From the NCBI RefSeq assembly GCF_964355755.1, contig NC_092676.1, positions 28,104,871 to 28,168,870 on the forward strand: a stretch of DNA of 64,000 nucleotides, written 5' to 3'. Source of the DNA: Antedon mediterranea (taxonomy: Eukaryota > Animalia > Echinodermata). Every line of letters begins with the position of its first letter. The stretch's first letter is position 1. The position numbers and the translations under genes are program-made. Below, piece by piece: positions 53,779-64,000 of this stretch. The notes below the pieces were generated by a model that was not told where the DNA came from, did not search any database, and saw only the letters and a list, made by a program, of their open reading frames with translations.

Positions 53779-56700
53779 TCAGTAATTTGCTGGAGCTACG
53801 GCCCCCAGCGGAGGCAACTGGTTGTCACTCTTTAATTCATTGTCATTGTCAATTGAATGTCTACTGTAATGATAACAGCCAGAGTGTTCTTTTGTCGGAG
53901 TTAGCGTACCATCAAACAAGTTGCAGATGAACATCGGTTTAACATACGGGTAACTATTAACTGACGTACATCCTATGGTCTTCATACATAATTTGACGCA
54001 GTATACATGAGATGATACAACGAACGTCGACTGAGGGAGCCCTTGCACACAGATTCCAATTGCGGTTGAACGTATGGCGTATGACCCTATTAAACATAAA
54101 AGTATAACTTTAGTGTTTCAGCAAAGAGAATAATATAATGATAATTCAAGTTTATTTAAATTTGGTTCCCACTTAAACGCAACGCAAGAAATTTGACCAA
54201 TCACGACGCGATGGATTAATCGAACTGCCACTCGCCATTGGTCAACTAGTTTGTGTTGCTTCTACGTCCCTTGTGTTGCGTTCTAACGGGAACCAAGCGT
54301 AAGTCCATCTGCCAATCAAATCATTGCACTAGTTAAACCATGTACATTAAAGAAGTAATGAAAAAATGTATAAATAGTGACCTACGTGTAACGCGTGTAG
54401 TGGGTATAGGCCTAGTTGTAGCAGGTGTAGTTGTAACAGTTGCAGTAGTAGCAGACGAAGTTGAAGGTAGTTTAGTCGCAGCTATAGTAGCAGACACAGT
54501 GGTAGCAGGTGTTGTAGCATATGTAGTTATAGCAGGTACAGTTGTAGCATACGCATTTGTAGCAGGTATAGTAGCAGACACAGTGGTAGCAGGTGTTGTA
54601 GCATATGTAGTTATAGCAGGTACAGTTGTAGCATACGCATTTGTAGCAGGTATAGTAGCAGACACAGTGGTAGCAGGTGTTGTAGCATATGTAGTTATAG
54701 CAGGTACAGTTGTAGCATACGCATTTGTAGCAGGTATAGTAGCAGACACAGTGGTAGCAGGTGTTGTAGCATATGTAGTTATAGCAGGTACAGTTGTAGC
54801 ATACGCATTTGTAGCAGGTATAGTAGCAGACACAGTGGTAGCAGGTGTTGTAGCATATGTAGTTATAGCAGGTACAGTTGTAGCATACGCATTTGTAGCA
54901 GGTATAGTAGCAGACACAGTTGTAGGAGGTGTTGTAGCATACGCAGTTGTAGCAGCTGTTGTAGCAGACGCAGTTGTAGCAGACGCAGTTGTAGCAGGTA
55001 CAGTTGTAGCATACGCAGTTGTAGCAGGTACAGTTTTAGCAGGTACAGTTGTAGCAGACGCAGTTATAGCAGGTACAGTTGTAGCAGACGCAGTTATAGC
55101 AGGTACAGTTGTATCATACGCATTTGTAGCAGGTGTTGTAGCAGACGCTGTTGTAGCAGGTACAGTTGTAGCATATGCAGTTGTAGCAGGTACAATTGTA
55201 GCAGGTACAGTTGTAACATGTACAGTTATAGCATACGGAGTTGTAGCAGGTGTTGTAGCATACTCAGTTGTAGCAGGTACAGTTGTAGCAGGTACAGTTG
55301 TAACAGGTTCAGTTGTAGCAGGTGCAGTTGTAGCAGATACAGTTGTAGCAGGTACAGTTGTAGCAGACGCAGTTGTAGCATACGCAGTTGTAGCAGGTGT
55401 TGTAGCATACGCAGTTGTAGCATACGCAGTTGTAGCAGGTGTTGTAGCATACGTAGTTGTAGCAGGTACAGTTGCAGCAGGTACAGTTGTAACAGGTACA
55501 GTTGTAGCAGATGCAGTTGTAGCAGGTGCAGTTGTAGCAGGTACAGTTGTCGCAGGTATTGTAGCAGGTACAGTTGTAGCAGGTACAGTTGTAGCAGACG
55601 CAGTTGTAGCTAGTGTAGTAGCAGGTGAAGTAGTAGCAGATGTTGTTGTAGCTAGTGCAGTTTTAGTAGGTGCAGTTTTAGCAGGTGTAGTTGTAGCAGC
55701 TGCAGTTGTAGCAGGTACAGTTGTAGCAGCTGCAGTTGTAGCAGGTGTAGTTGTGGTCGTTAATGCCGTAGTTAAAGATACCGTTGTAGTTACGGATACT
55801 GCTGTAGTATGGTGTAGAAAAATACTAATTAATAATAACACACTGGTGGATAACATTATATGAACAGTCATTATTAAGTGATAAAGTTTAAAAAACGCAC
55901 CCTTTTCGCAAATGTAACTCGTCTCAAAACTGCATGAAACTGACTCCATCCTTCTTTGATTTTTGAGGAGTAATACACAATCTAGAAATGTAGAATTAGA
56001 GATAAATACATTACAAATGTGTAAAGCAGTCATTGAATTCATCAATTTTTTGTTGATGGTGAAATGGCTTTTCGCCATTTCAAATTTTATTTCTAACCTT
56101 TGTGTAGATCTCCGTCAACGAAAGTCAATTGCGTTCCTCCTGGATCTGACAGCCAAGTATAGGTATGAACCTATTACAAACAAAAACGTACAACACAGGT
56201 AAAACAAACGCGCCCGTGTAAAAAATTAGCTAATATTTAATACTCAGCTATGTAGCCTATACTCTATGATGTTTAAATCAAGGATATTAAAATACAATCC
56301 TAACCTAACTCGATTCCTTTACTAACAAATTAGGAATTAGGAAGAGCGCTCTGTACATATTATTTAAGCCGATTTTCCACTAGGCGAATGTGTTCGCCCA
56401 AATCGAAGGCGTCAGCTAATACGCATGCGTAGAGAACGATTTGGAAGATGGAAACATGAATACGCATTATTCGTACAAACTGGCGCTTTCGATTCGCGCG
56501 AACAAATTCGCCTAGTGGAAAATCGACTTTATTGCGATAATTATAGCCATCATAGCGACTTACAACCTTAAACAATCCTATGTAAGCGTAATTTGGTAAC
56601 ATCGTGGCTGAGATGGCTGTTACACGTTCTTGGTTCACTCCTGCGACAACCCCACCTACCTGAGTACATGCGCCTGCAGCGCTTACAAACGCTGTGAAAT

Positions 56701-58285
56701 AAAACATAACGAATGAATGGACCAAAAGAACATTTGCAAATAAAACAATTCTACTTAAAAAAATGGTGGAACAGAGCATATACATTGCATTAAGGTGTAC
56801 TATACTGTATTTTTTGTATAAAAATAGTTTGTTATTATTATTATGATTATTATTATTTTTTATATGTACACTGATTATGGAAATGAAATATTGTTATTGT
56901 TGTTCATGTTAACTTACCTTTTTCGTTTGTGAAAACTCTGAAACATTTGCCGTCGACAGGTGTCCAGTCCAAATCACATGACACAGCATTCACGGACGAT
57001 CTATACATCACGACCACAACTGAAACGATACTGGGTTCATGATACAGGGAAACATGTGATACAAATTAGATGCTGTATTATGAAATATTCCTTCGAAACT
57101 GGGAAAATATCGTAGTACATGTGGAGATACAGCACTGGTAATCGGGTAAGGTAGTTACACATCCATGGCTATTCTCGAAGACGTGACAAAAGTTTGGCTA
57201 AAAATGTACTGTCAAGCTTGGTTCCCACTAGGACACAACGCAAGGACGTAAGACGCAACGCAGGCGAATTGACCAATCAAAAGCAATGGATCATTCAAAC
57301 TGTCGCTTGTGATTGGTCAATTCCCTTATGTTTGCGGCTTACGCCCTTGCGTTGTGTCCTAGTGGGAACCAAGCTTTATATGTGGTTTATGTCTTGAAAC
57401 GCAAGTTAAATTTATACTGGTTTACAATTAACTACATTAATTGTGAATAAAGCTTGGTTCCCACTAGAACGTAACGCAAGGACGTAAATGCAACGCAAGC
57501 GTTTTAACCAATGACAAGCGAAGTTATAGACAGTTAGCAATCACAAGCGAATAAGCCATCGCTTGTGATTGGTCAATTCACTTGCGTTGCGTTACGTCCT
57601 TGTGTTGCGTCGCCAGTGGGAACCACGCTTTAGAGCTAATAGGCCTACACTATGTAGAACTTTCTCAAAATGCTCTAGAAAGTGTTTTCTGTTTAAAACA
57701 TATTGTAATAACTTATACTGTGCTTCTCTGTGGGCAAATTTTAATCTATGGAAGCACTAAAGATGTGCTTCAACAATGCCTTACGCCCGCTCCTTAATAA
57801 ACCTAGGTCATGCAGTGCCAGCACCATGTTTGTAGAAAACCACATCTGCTCGTTCTACGAGCTACAACGTAAGGACGTGGTATGGTCAGACAATATTGTC
57901 ACAAAATGTATTTATGAATTTGCTCTTCTTTCATCCATCTACATCGTAGATGGATGAAGGTATTGTTTTAACCCCGTGACTATGTGGCGTACGTTTTTTT
58001 TTTATATATTTATATTTTTTTGTTTCCTTTGTTTTTGAGCCATGGAGAATTAATTTTTTTTTCCGAAATAAAAGATGAATGAATGAATGAATGGATATCA
58101 ATATGTGTGGTTTAGTAAGCGTTTCTTTCTTTCTGAAAAACAGTGCAGCTTTTTCGTACAGGTTCTATGCCTACCTAATTTCAACTTACATCAAGAACAA
58201 AGTTTGATTACACAAAATAACAACTTTTAAAAAAATGTAGATACTTACTTAGAAGAAACGCAACAATCCGTCGACAGCGCATCAT
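53779..58285 (-). CDS. Secreted C-type-lectin-domain / mucin / PAN-apple protein, paralog B
   Basis: Exons (-): 58285-58249 (MMRCRRIVAFLL), 57019-56918 (SCDLDWTPVDGKCFR), 56691-56564, 56170-56098 (YTWLSDPGG), 55981-55901 (DCVLLL...SCSFETSYICEK), 55801-54386 (472-codon Thr/Ala/Pro repeat), 54086-53779 (CVQG...YCVKLCMKTIGCTSVNSYP...CNLF...GCYHY). Confidence 0.85.
54386..55801 (-). repeat. Coding mucin-like repeat: 12-15-bp units (ATTP/ATTVP/ATTAY/ATTAS) with an 84-bp higher-order repeat (about 5 copies, 54493-54913)
   Basis: 28-aa unit TPATTVSATIPATNAYATTVPAITTYAT. Confidence 0.9.
56367..56528. mobile_element. Harbinger-like MITE (TIR AGCCGATTTTCCACTAGGCGAA, TTA TSD)
   Basis: Inverted ends and an exact TTA duplication. 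Confidence 0.8.
57215..57629. mobile_element. Two family-2 MITEs (57215-57375, 57451-57629)
   Basis: TIR AGCTTGGTTCCCACTAG; further copies near 54162-54300, 58322-58485 and 63742-63875. Confidence 0.8.
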
Positions 58286-59109
58286 GTTGTTAGCATTAGT
58301 CTACAGCATCAAGTGTTGGCAAGCATTAGTTTTCCATTTAGGACGCAACCAACAAGGACGTAAGCGCACCGCAAGTAATTTGACCAATCACGACACGATG
58401 AATCATCCGAACTGTCGCTTGTGATAGGTCAACTCGCTCCCGGAGCGCTTACGTCATCACTTTGCGTCCAAGTGGGAACCAAGCTCAATTTTGCTATTCA
58501 TCACGTCACTCTTTCTTTAGTAATTTTACTTTATTTAATCATTGCTAAACTAAACACGATTTTTAATTTATTTTTTATAAAGATCACAAAGAAAGGGCAC
58601 TACAGATTATAATATGAAAACCACTTAAATTTTGTTTGATATAATAACATCAAAATAACCGTTTATTATTATCGTTGACCCTGAGCAAACCATGTTGAGA
58701 TTACGTGGATTGTTCATTTTATTGTTAACAACAATTATCGCTAAAAAAAGAGTTGACGTTTAATTAAATCAAATAAAAGATAGTGTTGAAGTAATGTCAC
58801 AAGTAGATATTGCAAGTTTCCCTGGTAATCACATTCAATGCGTTTATTCATTATTACAACATAAGATTAATACACACGTTTCAATTGTAATTAGTTAGCA
58901 AAACCTCTATATATGCAATAAAGAAACAATGTTTTTTAAAACATTGTACAACTAGTTTTCAAAAACAGTATTATGCTTATTCATTATATGGACGCATTGA
59001 AGGCACATACGTTGTATTATGTTATATTGTTTGAAGGTTTGCATGGCGAAATCGAATGTTGATATAAAGTGTCTGGTACACCACGTATACTATAGTTCTG
59101 AAACATATA

Positions 59110-60131
59110 GTAGATTGGTGTGATGTTAATAAGTTGACAATTAATTCTAAAAAGACAAATTATATTATATTTTGTAATCAGCATACAATAATTGAAGTAA
59201 AGGGGGATATATACATCAAGGAATCAAAATTAGATGAAGTTGAAGCTACAACTTACATTGGGGTAGATATAGATAATAGACTTACATGGAAAGTGCATTC
59301 TAATAAGGTTAATAAAATTATTAGTTCTAAGGCTGGTTTATTGTACAAACTTAAATATGTTGTACCCCAATCAATTTTGGTGCTTTTATATAATTGTTTT
59401 ATTTTGCCTCATATTTCATTTGCATTAGAAGCTTGGGGTAACACTTATAAAACTCATTTAAAACCAGTATATTTAACACAAAAACGTATTATACGCACAT
59501 TGACTTATTCTGATAGACTAGCACCAACATCATTATTATTCAAAGAACTTAAAATTTTAAATATTTATCAGCAGCATCAGTATTTAATTACTTTATTTGT
59601 TCATGATAGTTTACATGGTAAATTTCCAGATACAACTCCTAAATATTTTTTGTATATTAATTTTCGTTATTCATCAAGGTCTCAGACTAGAGAAAAGTTG
59701 TATGTACCAAAATATAGAACAAACATAGGACAACATTCCATCAAGTATTCTGGTGCAAAGCTCTGGAATGAAATCCCAGATGATTTAAGGTTTCTAACAA
59801 AAAGCAAATTCAAAAAAGAAATGAAAACATACTATTTGTTTGTATAGTGATACAGTATTTATTTATTTTATAAGAGAATTATATTGTATATATTTGAGAG
59901 AAAGTGTATTTAAAAAAAAAAAAGAAAAATGTTTATGTATATTAATTTTATTTTAGACAAGTTGCCCTAATTTATTTATATAACTATTTATACTTCAATG
60001 TTTAGGGGCTGAACTTGATTAGTTTTAACTATTTTTTAGCCCTTCCCTTGATATAATTATTATTATTTGTATATTATTACAATGTTTATAATTTATATTT
60101 ATGGGTAAATAAAGAAAGAAAGAAAGAAAGA
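59110..60131 (+). mobile_element. 5'-truncated LINE (CR1/L2-group) with RT C-terminus, 3' UTR and (AAAG)n tail
   Basis: ORF 59134-59847 LTINSKKTNYIIF...YIGVDIDNRLTWKVH...LLYNCFILPHISF..EAWG...QKRIIR...YSGAKLWNEIP; tail aataaagaaagaaagaaagaaag. Confidence 0.85.
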
Positions 60132-60354
60132 ACTGTTGAGCTCAACATTTATTTTCAGAACTAATATACGTGATGTAACGCAACATTTATATCAACGTTC
60201 TACATGTTATTGTTGAATGTTTATTAACTGCTTACTACAACTATACAACAGAGCTTTCATCAGATGTCGAATCCTCCATAAAGTCATCGCACCGAAACAA
60301 TACAAATTCAATTAAAGACGATCGATCATTACACCTCGAATGCACTAAATTTAA

Positions 60355-60642
60355 AGTGTACTCAATTTATAATGGTAACACCCCGAGTGTACTTAATTTA
60401 TAATGGTAACACCCCGAGTGTACTTAATTTATAATGGTAATACCCCGAGTGTACTTACTTTATAATGGTAACACCCCGAGTGTACTTAATTTATAATGGT
60501 AACACCCCGAGTGTACTCAATTTATAATGGTAACACCCCGAGTGTACTCAATTTATAATGGTAACACCCCGAGTGTACTTAATTTATAATGGTAACACCC
60601 CGAGTGTACTTAATTTATAATGGTAACACCCCGAGTGTACTT
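60355..60642. repeat. 31-bp tandem repeat (about 9 copies) overlapping the end of the paralog C coding sequence
   Basis: Unit agtgtacttaatttataatggtaacaccccg. Confidence 0.92.
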
Positions 60643-63623
60643 TTGTCGAAGTCGGCGTGTCATCAAACAAGCTGCAGATCCATTTTTGTCCGTCACGTGG
60701 GTATATGTTCACAGACGAGCATCCCTGCACCGTGTTGACGCTATGATGCTTGCAGATCTTGACGCAGTGGATATGAGATGGTACAACGAACGTCGATTGA
60801 GGTAGCCCTTGCACGCAGATTCCAATGCTTGTTGAACGTATCGCATATGGACCTGGTGTACAAAATTGTACTAAAACTTATAATGTAGGCCTACTTCTAA
60901 AAATGTATAGTATATTAATATACGAACAATAACTTGACTTTTTATATATATACATTTTTGTTCTAGGCCTGTAAGCTCTTAGACTAAGATTTTTTTTTCT
61001 TTTTTTGCTAAGGATATATTGTGTCACCATGGTATTTAGAAATAAAAATGAATGAATGAATGACTTGCATATGCAATGTACATTGTTTTGTATTATATCG
61101 ATTTCTATATCAGAAGAATAAACATAAAAGTGACAGCATACCTGTTGCAAATGTTTTTGGGCCATCTGCGATAGTTGATGTTTTGTCTTGAGTTTTGACA
61201 TGCGTGGTTGTGTGTTCTGTGGTCATTGCGTCCTCGGTAGTAGTCAAAACAGATGTTGTATCTTGAGATGTAACGACGTCGTCAGCAGGCGTTGTTGGGT
61301 CACTTGTCGTCGTGTGATTTATGCATTCTCCAACCACTGCGTCCTCCTCGGTGGCAGTGGTTAACATTGTATCTTTAGTTGTGCCGACGTCATTCGTTGT
61401 TGTGTGTTCTTCAGTGGTCATTGCGTCCTCCTCGGTGTCCACTTCGTCCTCCTCGGTAGTAGTAGTCCACATAGATGTTATATCTAACTGAGTTGTGATC
61501 ACATGCGGTGTTGGTGTTTCTGCTGCTGTATGTACAGTAATTTAAATAATTAATATTATAGGTTTATCGCTATATACTTCATGGTTTGTGTGAGATGGAC
61601 AGGGGAAATAGTAGTATTTAGTCTAAAATAACGAAAGGGAATTATCAACAATGCGATCCGTCGTAGAAGCGACGGAGTTTTAGTTTTAGTAAACCAAGTA
61701 GGTCGAGGCTACCAAAGTCAAATAATATGAATTGAGAAACTATAAGACTATAAGTATTATTTTTATACAAGTCAATAAAGAGGTTTTTACATACAAATAT
61801 TGCAAACACCAATGTACAAAATAAACCAAAACAAGATGTGTAGAATATCGAGAAGGGATGCTTACGTAGAGTGATTTGACAGATTCCATAGGCTATATAA
61901 GAACAGTCCTTCGACTCCATAAGTAAATCAGCTTTAAGAAATAGAACGCAATCTACAAAAAACAAAATTCGTTTTTGTTTATCAAACACCTCATTTCCGC
62001 CTCAAAATAAGATCTAATTATCATAATAGTAAAAGTAAATATTTCTGGAACATCAATGTAGTTTTAGTGTAATTTTTTTACGATGAGACCCTGTAGAAAT
62101 CTCAAAAGACCTTCTTACTTCTACCATACCTATATTCAATGCCTCGCGCATTGTTCAAACAATCTGGTGACTTACCTAGTCCAAGATCACCATCTACAAA
62201 TTCCAGAGGCTTCCCTCCGGGATCAGAGTACCAAACATACGTCTTAACCTAAAATAAATGTCACGGAAAAGCTAATAAGATAAATGGTCGATACAAATGA
62301 ACAAAACGCCCTTATTTTTAATGAATTAATTTAGATATATTAAGTGTTGTATAGGCCTAATTAATTGCATTTATGAATAGTAACTGTCATTTAAATATAT
62401 ATTTTGTGGTGCCAGCTTATTTGATTCGGTACATCAAGACCTACCAAAGCTGCCAAACAGCCCCAATATCCCATGGCTTCATAAATATATATAAACATTC
62501 GGTACGATACATCAAAACCCACCGAATCAAACAGACCATATACAGTCAGTGAAACCCTATATTATATGGCTTCATTAGGCCTAAACATTTATTCCACCGT
62601 CATGCTGAATATGGACAAATTATTTTACTAATAAGTCTATATTATATGTGCTAATCAAAATAATGTAAATAAGTGAATTACAGCTAAACCACCGGCGGTT
62701 GTTGTTTCTTTTCTGTACCCTATCCAGGCGTTGTTTGGTATTATATTAGACACGGCATTGGCACGAACATCATTTATGCCCGCAAGTGTTCCACCTTCAC
62801 GCAGACACATTTTGTAAGATTCGTAATAGTCTGCAATATAAAGTTTATTTTGATATAGTTATAGTTATTCGCGCGAATCGAATATTCATCTCATTTGGAG
62901 TGGTGGCATGCATGGCGCATCCAATCAAAACTCCTCAATGTTCGATTAACGACAAAGACAAGAAGATGCTCTCGCACGTTTATCGAAATAGAGATCGCTT
63001 CAACGAATTTGCGGACATTTCATATTAGTCTATAAAATATACAATACATTACAAATAGTGAAACAAAAATAAGAGAGTCTAGGAGGCAAATATAAAGTAA
63101 AAGGAATGAAATCGCCGTAGATCAACGGTGAACATCAGTAATCATCATTGGTTACAAATCAGTGGTCCAGCGATCAATTATTCATAAACATTTATTTAGC
63201 CTAGATGTTATAAAACTAAATATATAAATGTGGAAATAAAACTTAAAGCATTAGATTACTATAGTTACTAAATAATTGTGTCTAAATCTGCCTAAAGCTC
63301 TGTCTACACTAAAAAAAGTGTGATGTGCCCAATATGGTAGTGATATGCCCAAATATGGTAGTGATATGACATCATCATGTCCATATATGGTAACATCATG
63401 GGCACATAAAGTTTGATAGTTGAGATAATATGAATGTAAATAATAATAATTGCGCAACAAAAGAGAAAAAAGGTTTGATAGTGTAGACAGAGCTTTAGTG
63501 ATACTTCAGAGTAACACTTACTGTATCTACTGGTTATGGACTTGAAGCATTGGCCGTCAATTAGGCTCCAGCCTTGATCACATGTAGGCCTACTTGCATG
63601 GGTAAACAGACAAATGTTGATAA
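60584..63623 (-). CDS. Secreted C-type-lectin-domain / Thr-rich / PAN-apple protein, paralog C (first exon outside the window)
   Basis: Exons (-): 63623-63522 (TCDQGWSLIDGQCFK), 62830-62682 (MCLREGGTLAG...NAWIGY; donor less certain), 62248-62176 (YVWYSDPGG), 61952-61866 (DCVLFL...DCSYIAYGICQ), 61525-61142 (acidic Thr-rich), 60852-60584 (PAN-like, close to paralog B). Confidence 0.82.
63296..63494. mobile_element. Family-1 MITE
   Basis: TIRs agctctgtctacacta / tagtgtagacagagct; the only family-1 copy I saw to the right of 40 kb. Confidence 0.75.
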
Positions 63624-64000
63624 CTACAGAAAACAATGAGATAAATTGACAAAATAATTAGCAAAATTACTTCACAAAATGTATTCGTTTTTTACACTTT
63701 AAACTGTTTGAAACATGATTGCAGGAAGCTAAACTGTATTAAGCTTGGTTCTCTCTAGCGACCAATGACAAGCGATTGATTATTCGAATAATGGCTTGTC
63801 ATTGGTCAACTAGCTTGCGTTGCGCGTACATCCTTGCGTTGTGCGTACATCCTTGCGTTGCGTCTCTAGTGAGAGATTTAGTGATGAATACTCAAAATAT
63901 ATAATTAGATACTAATCTGGCAAATTATTAGATAAAACAAGTAATAATCAATTAACAACATAAAAAAAACCCCAATTTATTTCAACACGGAAAAGCTTGT

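Noticed and set aside
54340-55863. 507-aa Val/Ala-rich plus-strand ORF and the Cys/Ser-rich ORF 55218-55613
   Set aside because: Antisense shadows of the Thr/Ala repeat exon of paralog B, which has proper splice sites and phase on the minus strand.
60355-60642. CRISPR-like appearance of the 31-bp array (also the 37-bp array at 14100-14617)
   Set aside because: Units are head-to-tail with no unique spacers, there are no cas genes, and the context is eukaryotic.

Overview
AT-rich, intron-containing animal genomic DNA with GT-AG introns, SINEs, LINE fragments and MITEs. It is not prokaryotic; a marine invertebrate, possibly an echinoderm, is my inference only. I rebuilt the gene models by hand from splice sites and reading-frame phase. 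Left to right: a MINDY1/2 deubiquitinase (+), a large EF-hand/coiled-coil/Rab GTPase of the CRACR2A (Rab46)/RAB44 type (-), TMEM167A/Kish-A (+), an SFT2D1/2 vesicle-transport gene (-) and an MGAT4-family GlcNAc transferase (+). These are followed by three tandem paralogous minus-strand genes for secreted proteins with the architecture signal peptide, compact C-type lectin domain, Thr-rich mucin stalk, PAN/apple domain; the third runs off the window. Most notable observations: (1) the CTLD-mucin-PAN family, whose lectin domain lacks the long loop and Ca/sugar motifs; (2) two homologous, phase-incompatible (mutually exclusive) exon-3 copies in SFT2D; (3) recurrent TA-CAG/CTG-TA and TA-GGCC-TA micro-insertions, shown by filled-versus-empty comparison of repeat copies, resembling Tc1/mariner excision footprints; (4) tandem repeats that duplicate splice sites or rewrite a C-terminus; (5) multi-level nested DNA transposons; (6) candidate microexons in the Rab gene.
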